Below are positions 20,835 through 29,986 of a stretch of DNA of 64,000 nt, piece after piece (the first letter of the stretch is position 1; the number at the start of each line of letters is the position of its first letter). The notes beneath the pieces are model-generated. The model had not been told where the DNA came from. It searched no databases and saw only the letters and a list, made by a program, of their open reading frames with translations. The position numbers and the translations under genes are program-made. The stretch covers positions 326,420-390,419 of the forward strand of contig JAZKDF010000001.1 of assembly GCA_040387715.1 (NCBI GenBank), read 5' to 3'. This DNA is from Pseudomonadota bacterium. Lineage in GTDB: Bacteria > Pseudomonadota > Gammaproteobacteria > Burkholderiales > Burkholderiaceae.

Positions 20835-21329
20835 TTAACGAACTGGCAATGGTTTTATATCTACTCGGGATATATAAAATTGTATTAATTCATCACTTTT
20901 ATAGGTAATAAACTTTTTTTCACTATCCCAGTTGAAGACTGGTTCAATTTGAATTGAATTATTTCCAAGTAGCAATAAATCATGTAAGTCTGAGTTTGGG
21001 AGAGTTATCCTAAGATTGAAAAGAATGGGGTTATCGGTTGTGTTTAGATGGTGCGTCATTGGACTGACCTCCAGCCATCCGATTGCAGGAAAACTAGAAC
21101 CCCCTGGAATTTGGTATGAGGGTTTGTCTTCAAACTCAATGGTTAAGAAAGCAATACTCCCCTCACCACCTCTTTTATCAACCTTATACCCATAAAGTGA
21201 ATCCCCAAAATTTGTTACCTTACCTTCATATTCAATTTCTGCTGTACTTGAATAAATACCATTTGAAGGGAATCCCTTATCCATAACCATGGAGACTGGG
21301 TTGGCAGTAATCGCCAATAACTTGTTCAT
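20835..21329 (-). CDS. Hypothetical protein (AT-rich)
   Basis: ORF with an AAGGAA RBS before MNKLL. No recognised motif. Confidence 0.6.
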   Translation of the reverse strand: MNKLLAITANPVSMVMDKGFPSNGIYSSTAEIEYEGKVTNFGDSLYGYKVDKRGGEGSIAFLTIEFEDKPSYQIPGGSSFPAIGWLEVSPMTHHLNTTDNPILFNLRITLPNSDLHDLLLLGNNSIQIEPVFNWDSEKKFITYKSDELIQFYISRVDIKPLPVR

Positions 21330-21497
21330 GATTTCCTTAATCTTGACGTAGCATATATTTTTGTATTGCCGCTTTTTTTGGGCATTAACCAATTTTAATC
21401 CCTGTATGGGTAACCCAGGGTTTTCCAGAAATTGATTAATTTAATGTGCTAAATTTCATCTTATAAATTAATACTTATAAACATCATAGATATATTC

Positions 21498-22049
21498 ATG
21501 AACGAAATCCAATCCTATTCTTTTGATAGACATCGCCACTTGTTTTCATCATGGTGTGCATCTACCGCTTCTGGGGCTTCTCCAAAGTGTAGATTTGCAG
21601 TTAAGACTGGTTTAAATATATTGGATCAGTCAAATGTAACTAGTTCCGCATTAAATACCGAGTTTCCCAAATTAACTCATAAATCATTTGGCGATTGGCA
21701 CAACACTAAATGTTTGCTACTAATGAAGGTTGCGGATTCATTGGGTGTTGCTGGGTTTACATACGGCGTAGCGGCAAAAATGCTTAATTGTTACCTTAAG
21801 GCAAATTTCCTGTCTGAATTAGAGAAATACTCTTTTATACACCCACCAATAGACCGTCTTTTACTAAGCAGTTTGAGAGAGGCAAACTTTAATAATAATA
21901 AAAAGATATGGAGAAAGTATGAAACCAAAGGTTGGTCTAATTTCTCCAATGAAGATTATTTGAATGTTATAAATTTAATTAAACTTTCATTACCGGTTGG
22001 AGTTTCAATTTGGAAGATTGAAGCATTCTGGAAGGGTCACCAAGATTAA
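21498..22049 (+). CDS. Hypothetical protein with YGVAAKMLNCYLK and HPPIDR motifs
   Basis: 183-aa AT-rich ORF. The motif pattern is loosely reminiscent of helix-hairpin-helix-like proteins. Confidence 0.6.
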   Translation: MNEIQSYSFDRHRHLFSSWCASTASGASPKCRFAVKTGLNILDQSNVTSSALNTEFPKLTHKSFGDWHNTKCLLLMKVADSLGVAGFTYGVAAKMLNCYLKANFLSELEKYSFIHPPIDRLLLSSLREANFNNNKKIWRKYETKGWSNFSNEDYLNVINLIKLSLPVGVSIWKIEAFWKGHQD

Positions 22050-22203
22050 TTATGTTTTCAGAAAAATTGTCACAGTGCAGAATAGACCGTGCCATCCCCA
22101 CTCGAAACGTCCATTAAGCCCCGCATTGTTCCAAACAGTCTTCAGATTTGACCATCCTAAAAAGACAAAACCCCCACTATTGCTAGTGAGGGTTTCTTGA
22201 TAC

Positions 22204-22248
22204 TGGTGGGTCGGACGGGATTCAAGCTCGCAACCAACGGATTAAAGG
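22204..22248 (-). repeat. att-like copy 5 of the tRNA-Lys 3' half
   Basis: 39/45 identity. The left flank (22092-22203) is homologous to 34730-34841. Confidence 0.88.
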
Positions 22249-22303
22249 GAGGTAACGCTATTTAAAGGCTAAACTGTAATCGGTTATATAAAAATAGATA
22301 TCT

Positions 22304-23101
22304 ATGCCCCCATTCCTTCAATCTAATTTGCGCGTGGTTGAGTTTGCACCACTGTTGCTGACTATTGCCACTTTTATTTGCATTGCAATTGGTTGGTATT
22401 TTGGGCACTACCGCCTAAACAAGCATCGTGAGGGTGGAATTGTTGTTAGAGACTCTTTAGTTGCTGCAATTTTTGGTTTATCTGCTCTGGTTTTAGGCTT
22501 TACATTTTCTGGGTCTGCATCGAGATACTTTGATCGGATGGATGAAATTAGGGTTCAGGCGCAAACCTTGCAACAGGTATACGGTTCTCTTAAATATCTT
22601 GCCCCAAGCGATCAAATTAAGATTAGAGCTTCTCTTAATGAGTTATTGGATTTAAGGCTGTCCGCATATAAGGACATTAAATCAATGACGGATGTGGATG
22701 TTGAGGGATCCAAGATCATGGCCTCAGTTAGAAGGATTCAGGAGGAGGTAAGCAGAGCAGTAGCGAATGCCCCTGTCGAAAATAAAGGTTTAGTTGCCGA
22801 TTTATTAATACCTCAGGTTAGCAGCCTTTCCTCGACTTATGCTGCGGGGATCGTTAAGAGTAAGTCCCATCCGCCCAGCTTATTAATGAAGTTCTTATTT
22901 GCGATGCTTTGTATTGGAGCATTTTTAATTGGTTATACGATGGCGGTCAAGAAAGAGCATGACTGGCTATTGGCTACACTTTATACGCTTCTAATAGGCA
23001 TATCTCTGTATGTAATACTCTCTTTAGAGGTCCCTAATCTATTGATGCCCTATGATGAGATCAACCGTGATTTCTTGTTGCTCAAAGAGGCAGTGAAGTA
23101 A
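22304..23101 (+). CDS. DUF4239-like membrane protein
   Basis: AIFGLSALVLGFTFS, SHPP and ILSLEVP pattern, with four hydrophobic segments. Confidence 0.7.
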   Translation: MPPFLQSNLRVVEFAPLLLTIATFICIAIGWYFGHYRLNKHREGGIVVRDSLVAAIFGLSALVLGFTFSGSASRYFDRMDEIRVQAQTLQQVYGSLKYLAPSDQIKIRASLNELLDLRLSAYKDIKSMTDVDVEGSKIMASVRRIQEEVSRAVANAPVENKGLVADLLIPQVSSLSSTYAAGIVKSKSHPPSLLMKFLFAMLCIGAFLIGYTMAVKKEHDWLLATLYTLLIGISLYVILSLEVPNLLMPYDEINRDFLLLKEAVK

Positions 23102-23138
23102 CTTATTTACATTTATCCACCATATCAAACTAATCAAT

Positions 23139-24398
23139 ATGCAAAATATACTCAGAGTCAGCCGTCATTTAGTGCTTAGCACTCTGAGCTTATTATTGGT
23201 TGGATGTACTACGGGCATTACCCCAGACTTTGGGCAAATGTCTTCAAAATACGCAAATTCCCTAGAGCAATATCAAATTAATATGATTTTCCAAAACATC
23301 TTGCGTGCCTCTGAAAATAGGCCCGTTAGTTTTTTGGATATGCCAACAATTAACGGTTCTGGATCTATCGGTGTTGCGTCTGGAGTTAGTGCCTTATTTT
23401 CTGGTGGGGCAATACCCTACAACGCTAGCTACAACGTCATTCAGGGTGGACTTTCGTATGCCATACCAAGCACCACTCTCTCGTTAAACAATACATTTAA
23501 TTTCACACAATCATCCCTGGATAACGCTGTATTTTGGAAAAGTTATCTCAATGAGCTTCCTAGGGAAACGGTAAAGTATTTCAATCACAATCACATTCCA
23601 AAAGAAGTGCTTTTGAGTTTAGTGGTTGATGAAATCGAAATTTTTCAACCGAATAGCAAATCTATAGTTCTAATTAATAACCCATTAAGATCAGATCATC
23701 AGCAGTTTCAGCAACAGCTCTATAGGCTTATTGATGATGGCTTTACTGCTGAGCTAATTGATACATCGGAGAAATTAGGACCTCCACTTTCAATGGAAAA
23801 AGTGGTGCCAAGGTTTGGGGACAAGGCCTTTGTGATGTTTAAAGAGTCCAATATCTCTCTCAAGCAAACCAATGATTCTCAAAATCCGCTTTACCAGCCA
23901 ATTCAGATTTCTAATAAATATAAACTTTGTATCAACTCTGATAAGTACGCCAATTACTTGCCTGCAAAAAAATATGGTCAAACACTCTTTTGCGAAGAGA
24001 GTGCTCCCGAAGTTTTATTAAAAACTAGTGCGGCAAAGAAGCGTCAGCCGACATTGATTGTTCGCATTCGCTCTACTAATAATGTTTTTGAGTATCTGGG
24101 GCAAGTTGTGAGGGCTCAACTTTCTGATAACCCTTACTTGGTTACCTTGCCTTCAACGGAAACTACATTCAATAGCAATAGAGGTAAGCTGAATCAGAAT
24201 GCATTGTTAATTGTTAACAAAGATAAGCCAACGCAGAAAGCATTTGCAACTATTGAAGGTTTGGATGGCGATATTTACAGCATTCCTAGTGTAGATAATG
24301 GTTATTCGCCCTTAGCAATCAAATTGCTATCCCAGTTGATGTCGCTTCAAAAGATCCCGGGCAGCATACCGGCCTCACCATCTGTACTCCTGAAATAG
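23139..24398 (+). CDS. Uncharacterised lipoprotein
   Basis: Lipobox LLLVG-C, 419 aa. Confidence 0.7.
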   Translation: MQNILRVSRHLVLSTLSLLLVGCTTGITPDFGQMSSKYANSLEQYQINMIFQNILRASENRPVSFLDMPTINGSGSIGVASGVSALFSGGAIPYNASYNVIQGGLSYAIPSTTLSLNNTFNFTQSSLDNAVFWKSYLNELPRETVKYFNHNHIPKEVLLSLVVDEIEIFQPNSKSIVLINNPLRSDHQQFQQQLYRLIDDGFTAELIDTSEKLGPPLSMEKVVPRFGDKAFVMFKESNISLKQTNDSQNPLYQPIQISNKYKLCINSDKYANYLPAKKYGQTLFCEESAPEVLLKTSAAKKRQPTLIVRIRSTNNVFEYLGQVVRAQLSDNPYLVTLPSTETTFNSNRGKLNQNALLIVNKDKPTQKAFATIEGLDGDIYSIPSVDNGYSPLAIKLLSQLMSLQKIPGSIPASPSVLLK

Positions 24399-24643
24399 CG
24401 GCCTAATATCCAATCTAGAGCTTTAGTATTGCCGATGGGCCGCCTGAGTTTCGGGCTCTCGGCCGGCTACTTAATTGGTCTGCAGCAGGAGGGCTAATCA
24501 ATCTACGCTTCTTGGGAAATGAATTTGACTGGATTCTAGGCGTACTTTCAGAACTTCCGTTTTAACCCCTATTAGATTAATTTAAGCTATAGTGAAAACT
24601 ATCAAATATGCCATTTGGCGCATTGCAAGTGGAAGGGGTGGCG

Positions 24644-24919
24644 ATGAGTTTCACGCGTAGGGATTTTATAAAAAGTCTTGCAGCTACCGCTGCTCTAATG
24701 GGCTCTGCTTCTGCAATTGCTAGCAGTGATTCTGTCGCAAGTAAGGCTGCCATTGAGAAATCCATTAAGGCCAGTTTTGGCGGTGGTTTTTCACTCATTT
24801 CCTATTCCAAATCTGGTGCAACAACCCAAGCCAAAATAGAAAATTTTGGCAATCAATACACCGTCACTTCCATGAATTTGCTTGATTGGAAAATTATTCA
24901 ATCCTCATTAAGCAGCTGA
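24644..24919 (+). CDS. Small twin-arginine (Tat) signal protein upstream of the lodA-like gene
   Basis: MSFTRRDFIKSLAATAALMGSASAIAS, with a GAAGGGG RBS. Confidence 0.75.
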   Translation: MSFTRRDFIKSLAATAALMGSASAIASSDSVASKAAIEKSIKASFGGGFSLISYSKSGATTQAKIENFGNQYTVTSMNLLDWKIIQSSLSS

Positions 24920-24977
24920 TACCTTTTTCATTCTGGGTTTTAGGGTGGTGAAGATTAATTTATTTGAAGGATAAATA

Positions 24978-26978
24978 GTGTCTAGCAAAATCAAGAGCAT
25001 TCGTATTCACCCTGGTATTGGTATGGCCCGCATGGGTGATAGTGATGAGTTTTTTATTGGCCCCGAAGCTCCAGGCCTTGTTGTAGATCCAGGAGGCAGT
25101 AACGGTCCCGGACCCAAAGGGGGTAGTTATCGAGATAGCAAATCTAAGTTAAAAAGGCAGGCGCAACGTTATCGCGTATATGCCTACGATGCTGAGGGTA
25201 ACGTGATTGAGGAGCTCACATCTAAATCTGACCTAGTCAAATCTCTGAGCTGGCGTGTTCACGTCCGCAATATGAAAGCGGCAAACTATGCTTTTCAGGG
25301 TGCATATCTTTTTGACCCAACCCAATTAAGAAACCCATCCATTCAACCGGGCAAGAAACCAATTGAGCGCAATCAATTAATTATTGATCCAGGAGTGCAA
25401 ACCATTGCCTCAGGCCAAAGTGGGCCAGTCGTTATGAAGGGTGATATTTTTACCGGCATCGAAAAAGGTTTGTTGCCAGGGCAGTTGCGATATGAGGGCT
25501 TTACGCCAAAAGATATTTCTAAAGATGTCGAAGTAACTTATAAGCCTGCTAAAGGAATTGAGCTTGGGCAGTTACGTCTTGATGCACAAGATCGCCTGTT
25601 ATTTATTCCGTCTCCTGGCAAGGGGGCTTGCGTTACAACACCTAAGGTAGCTCTATCTAATCCTAGTGAATTCATCAATCCACCCAATGGCCCTGACAAT
25701 GGAAAGAATCCATTAACCAATCAGTTTGCTTACTTTAACGTTCCGGGTTGGTGGGATGATACGTGTGGTGGTGAAATTGATGTAACCATTACATTAAAAG
25801 ATGGCACCGTTTTAAGCACTCGAGACAATGTGAAGGCTGCAACGGATGAGGGAACTCGAAATCCAGCGGCTGGAGCCTGGATTATTACGGCACCACCAAA
25901 ATTTTCTCCATACATGTATCACGTAGTTTCCATTACAGATCGTGTGTATGAGGCATTCCCAGAGGCTTACCCCTACGCCAAACAAAAAACCAACTTTTAT
26001 CGAGACGTTTACCCCATTTTTGCTAACGCTGTAAATTATGGATGGGTGAGTGCAGAAGCCTCCGGTATTGCTAAGGCCCATAGAAATGCAGCGCATGGAC
26101 CAAATCAAGCGGGTAATCTGCTAAGTCCAACCTATATGGCCTTTTTTACGGATCCCTCTGAGAAGGGTAAATCTATGCGGCAGATGGTCTATGCTTTAAT
26201 GCGCCATCCGGCCGGCAAGAATGGGCGCTTAGTCGACTCTTTAATGCCGCCGCCTCCGCAAAAACCGACCAGCTGGAAAAATGATGAATTCAAAAGGGCT
26301 GAGCAAGATAACCTCATGCCTATATTGTGGGGAACCGCTGGCAAGCCAAAGCAAAATGAGCAACTGGGAAATCATTTCCCCAATCAATTTTTAGCCCTTA
26401 CCGCAATTCAGTTAAATCATATTAAAGAATGGGCTGATGGAAATTTTGAGGTTGGAGTTTTGCAGCAGCCGCTCGAATTGGAAAAATTACCCACAAAAGA
26501 TCAGCCGCGCGCTCTTGATGCTTCCGCGTTAGAGCCTACTATCGGTGGAGGTTTTCACCCCGGAATTGAATTCCCCTATTTAATTATTTACCGAGAGTTT
26601 TTTGCTGAAGCATTTCGGGTTGGCAAGAATGTAGAGCCTGGAGCGTTGGCAGCCTATATGTCCAGTCCATGGCATGGTGATTTCTGGTCATGTAATAGTG
26701 CCTGGTGGCCAACTCAGCGCCCAGATGTAGTTTTTGAGTACGATCAGAAGAATCAAACTCGAACTTATAGAGAGTGGTTCAGGGGTTATGACGCAGATGG
26801 CGAGCCATTGTCAGATACTGATGGCTTTAATCAAATGGCGTATGCCTGGTCAAAGTTGGGTATGGTGTTGCCGATTAAAGCGAAGGACGGCAGCTTTGTT
26901 AAGGACAATGGTGCGGTTGTCTTTACTGAGCAAGAGCGAAGCCCGGAGCTGAATCGGCCGCCAGTAAAAAAGAAGTAA
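24978..26978 (+). CDS. LodA/GoxA-family CTQ-dependent amino-acid oxidase
   Basis: IHPGIGMARMG, KRQAQRYRVY, GWWDDTCGG, GGGFHPGIE and PWHGDFWSC..WWPTQRPD motifs. Confidence 0.9.
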   Translation: MSSKIKSIRIHPGIGMARMGDSDEFFIGPEAPGLVVDPGGSNGPGPKGGSYRDSKSKLKRQAQRYRVYAYDAEGNVIEELTSKSDLVKSLSWRVHVRNMKAANYAFQGAYLFDPTQLRNPSIQPGKKPIERNQLIIDPGVQTIASGQSGPVVMKGDIFTGIEKGLLPGQLRYEGFTPKDISKDVEVTYKPAKGIELGQLRLDAQDRLLFIPSPGKGACVTTPKVALSNPSEFINPPNGPDNGKNPLTNQFAYFNVPGWWDDTCGGEIDVTITLKDGTVLSTRDNVKAATDEGTRNPAAGAWIITAPPKFSPYMYHVVSITDRVYEAFPEAYPYAKQKTNFYRDVYPIFANAVNYGWVSAEASGIAKAHRNAAHGPNQAGNLLSPTYMAFFTDPSEKGKSMRQMVYALMRHPAGKNGRLVDSLMPPPPQKPTSWKNDEFKRAEQDNLMPILWGTAGKPKQNEQLGNHFPNQFLALTAIQLNHIKEWADGNFEVGVLQQPLELEKLPTKDQPRALDASALEPTIGGGFHPGIEFPYLIIYREFFAEAFRVGKNVEPGALAAYMSSPWHGDFWSCNSAWWPTQRPDVVFEYDQKNQTRTYREWFRGYDADGEPLSDTDGFNQMAYAWSKLGMVLPIKAKDGSFVKDNGAVVFTEQERSPELNRPPVKKK

Positions 26979-26984
26979 TGGGCA

Positions 26985-28172
26985 GTGCTGAATTTAGCTG
27001 ACGCTTTTGGATTGGATTGGGATGTCGTCATTATTGGCGCCGGACCCGCAGGCTCAGCAACTGCTATTACGTTGACATCCCTGGGTCAGCGAGTCCTACT
27101 GATCGATGAGAAGGTGGCGGCTAAATATAAATTAGGTGAGTCTCTGCCACCCGCCTCAGTTGATATCGTGAGTCACTTCTTGGGTGATCTAGATTCTCCC
27201 GATCGAAAAGCTATTGGCCTGTTCAAGACGGCCGGTAATATTTCCACATGGTCTGGTGAGCAACAGGATCATGCTGATTTCTTTTTTACTGCAAAAGGAT
27301 TTGGTTTATGTATTGACCGACTTGCTTTTGATGAGGCGCTTCGTTTGCGCGCGTTAGAGCTAGGCGCATCTTTGCAGAGGGGAATCAGCTTTGAGTCGTG
27401 CGCTCGTAGTTCTGAGTCTGGATTTAGTTGGGATATTATCCTTAATTCCCCATCAAAAGTAGAGCATCATCGCGCACGCTATTTAGTCGACTGCTCAGGT
27501 CGTCGCGCGGTGCTTAGCAAGATGCTTGGTATTCCTGTCGTTGAAAATGAAGACAAGCTATTTGCCTATGCACAATGGTTTACTAGTGATGTAGCGGATG
27601 ATGACTGCTTTACTCGTATTGAGGCTGTGGAGAATGGCTGGTGGTACAGCAATCGGGTGCCTGGTGATGACCTTGCCGAAAATAAGCGCTTAGTTGTTTT
27701 TTATTCAGATAGAGACTTGCCAGATGGTAAAAAAGCTGGGACCTTAGGGGGTTTTGATGAACTTCTTAGTGAGACCAGCCAAATTGCACCTCTTCTGAAG
27801 AATGGTGCATATCAGGCTTCGGGAGTAATTCGGGGCGCGCCTGCTAATGGTCAGCGTTTAAGTGAATTCTGCGGAGATGCTTGGATGGCGGTTGGGGATG
27901 CAGCGCAGGCCTATGACCCGCTGTCATCGCAGGGTATTGATAAGGCACTGAGAACAGGTAGTCACGCTGGCCACCTAATTCATTATGCTTTGACGGATGA
28001 GTCCGGCAATACCTTAGGCGCTAATAATCCCTATATTCAACAATACAACGAAAAACAGCAGCAGCTTTGGGAAGAATACCAATCCCAAAGGGCTTACTAC
28101 TATGGTATTCAGACTCGTTGGGCTGATCAGCCATTTTGGCTACGTCGTCACAATTATTCGACTGTAATTTGA
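26985..28172 (+). CDS. LodB/GoxB-family flavoprotein (CTQ biogenesis)
   Basis: IIGAGPAG, GWWY and AVGDAAQAYDPLSSQGI motifs. It directly follows the lodA-like gene. Confidence 0.85.
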   Translation: MLNLADAFGLDWDVVIIGAGPAGSATAITLTSLGQRVLLIDEKVAAKYKLGESLPPASVDIVSHFLGDLDSPDRKAIGLFKTAGNISTWSGEQQDHADFFFTAKGFGLCIDRLAFDEALRLRALELGASLQRGISFESCARSSESGFSWDIILNSPSKVEHHRARYLVDCSGRRAVLSKMLGIPVVENEDKLFAYAQWFTSDVADDDCFTRIEAVENGWWYSNRVPGDDLAENKRLVVFYSDRDLPDGKKAGTLGGFDELLSETSQIAPLLKNGAYQASGVIRGAPANGQRLSEFCGDAWMAVGDAAQAYDPLSSQGIDKALRTGSHAGHLIHYALTDESGNTLGANNPYIQQYNEKQQQLWEEYQSQRAYYYGIQTRWADQPFWLRRHNYSTVI

Positions 28173-28858
28173 ACGATACCTCTGGATTTTCCAGAATCAG
28201 AATCAATTGTTTTTAATGAAGCTAGTAAATCACTAGTCTTGACCCAAAATGGCGGATATTTAAATTTAGCTACATCTAAAATTAACACTGAATCTGATTT
28301 AGAGTCATAGGCGCCAATCGGTGAGAAATGTCCACTCCCTGCTTGGTTTAATACTTTCCGATCAAAGTCAGCCATCACGCGTTGATTTGGATTGGCAAGT
28401 GTAGATTTGACTATATTCCTGAGTTGATCAACTGTGAGATCGCTCCCATAGTAAATTTTGGGGTTTGCTCCCAGCGCAGTTAAATATTGACGTATTTGCT
28501 CTAAAGTTAAGCCACCATTTAGTACATCATCCCGACTCTTAATCTTAGTGGTTGCTTCGTTAAAGATGCTTTCTTCTGTAAAGAATGGGTGAGGCGCAAG
28601 TTCTGGGGTGATCGGGCGAACCATCTTTGGAAGACTATTTAGAGTGGCTGCCATCGATGATATTCCACAAAAGGTAGTGCGCTCTTGAGTATCGACATAG
28701 CTAGCGAGTGAAAAATATTGACGGTTATAGTCAGAGTTCAATAGGCGGCTTGAACCTGCCTTTGTATTGATATATACCAAGTCCTGGCAAAAGACGTTGG
28801 ATATCAATCCGAACAGCAGAAAAGTTGCTGCAATCAAACTTTTAGTATTGCGGTTCAT
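28154..28858 (-). CDS. Secreted phytochelatin-synthase-like (papain-fold) protein
   Basis: Signal peptide, with a Cys-His-Asp triad in TFCG, GHFSPIGAYD and LILDVAKFKYPPFWV. Confidence 0.85.
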   Translation of the reverse strand: MNRNTKSLIAATFLLFGLISNVFCQDLVYINTKAGSSRLLNSDYNRQYFSLASYVDTQERTTFCGISSMAATLNSLPKMVRPITPELAPHPFFTEESIFNEATTKIKSRDDVLNGGLTLEQIRQYLTALGANPKIYYGSDLTVDQLRNIVKSTLANPNQRVMADFDRKVLNQAGSGHFSPIGAYDSKSDSVLILDVAKFKYPPFWVKTSDLLASLKTIDSDSGKSRGIVQITVE

Positions 28859-29082
28859 AGCGCTGCCTTTAAATAATGGATTACTTTGATGGTTAAAGTA
28901 TTTTTATGAGAACAAGATATCACAAGTTTTTATGGATATTGGATGGGCCTCGACCCAAATTCGCTAGAGGTGGATGCGAGCGCTTTCCCCCTTCAGGCGT
29001 AATCAATTGCTTTATCTTAGGCCCTTGAGAGTTTTGTGAATCCAGCAATACAAAAGCCGCCCGAAGGTGGCTTTTGTATTGC

Positions 29083-29127
29083 TGGTGGGTCGGGCGAGAT
29101 TCGAGCTCGCGACCAACAGATTAAAAG
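29083..29127 (-). repeat. att-like copy 6 of the tRNA-Lys 3' half
   Basis: 43/45 identity. Adjacent 17-bp perfect inverted repeat at 29042-29085. Confidence 0.92.
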
Positions 29128-29284
29128 AAGTCGCGGCTCTTCAAAATCCTTTATAAAACAATGGTCTACAGGGCAAAAAAAATGACTGTGCGATTGAGTG
29201 TGCGATTACATATTGGTGCAAAGTTCGAATCTCTAGGCCGGATTTCAAGCTTTTGAGCGTTACTTTAAGCAAGGGTCCGGCTAC

Positions 29285-29926
29285 CTAGATTTCGTTAGTC
29301 AATATTAAGTCAGCAAAAGCTTTGCCACCGGATGATATGTGCTCTCTCATAGCATCGGCTGCTTTATCTGCCTCCCCCTTCAAAATCCATTCAGCAACCG
29401 CTTTATGCTCGAGCTGCGATTTTTTTAGGCGCCCTGGCTTTTCAAATAAATGCCTACGATATCCGGAAATCTGCAATCTCACTGCTTTTGTTTGCTCAAC
29501 AATATAGGGATTGCCGCTTGCCCTGTAAATTGCATCATGAAATTGCGCGTTTGCTAACTGATAGTTGCTGATATCTTGGGAATTTGCAAATTTCTCAGTT
29601 TGTTTGATTGCGTCCTTAATCTCTTTTGTATGCTGAGTATTAATGCGTTGTGCAGCCAACCTAGCTAAAACACCCTCTAGCTCACCCAATCCTTCCATCA
29701 TTGCAATCAACTCATGGGCAGTAAGTTTTTTGACATAGATTCCTGTTCTGGGAATGATGTCGATTAATCCTTGAGCGCTCAGAAGTAACAACGCTTCTCT
29801 GACTGGGGTTCTGGAAGTCTTAAATTTTGTAGCTAAGGCGCGCTCATCTAATGCTGTGCCTGGCACTAATTTTCCTTCACGAAATTCATTTTCAATCCGC
29901 TTGCGCACGCTTTGTTGGGTATTCAT
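29285..29926 (-). CDS. GntR/FCD-family regulator
   Basis: TSRTPVREALLLL HTH and an FCD domain. Start placed at MNTQQ. Confidence 0.9.
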   Translation of the reverse strand: MNTQQSVRKRIENEFREGKLVPGTALDERALATKFKTSRTPVREALLLLSAQGLIDIIPRTGIYVKKLTAHELIAMMEGLGELEGVLARLAAQRINTQHTKEIKDAIKQTEKFANSQDISNYQLANAQFHDAIYRASGNPYIVEQTKAVRLQISGYRRHLFEKPGRLKKSQLEHKAVAEWILKGEADKAADAMREHISSGGKAFADLILTNEI

Positions 29927-29957
29927 GGGCTCTAGGGTTTCTACTGGTTGTAGGGAG

Positions 29958-29986
29958 GTTGATATATCAACAATATCAGTTGATAT
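29958..29986. promoter_or_regulatory. Putative GntR operator pair
   Basis: Perfect palindrome GTTGATATATCAAC (29958-29971) followed by ATATCAGTTGATAT, between the divergent gntR and ECH genes. Confidence 0.7.

Noticed and set aside
26400-26740. LodA homolog inactive because the C-x-GG-x-FHPG cysteine is missing
   Set aside because: The cofactor-forming Cys and Trp belong to the downstream DFxxC and WWP motifs, which are intact.
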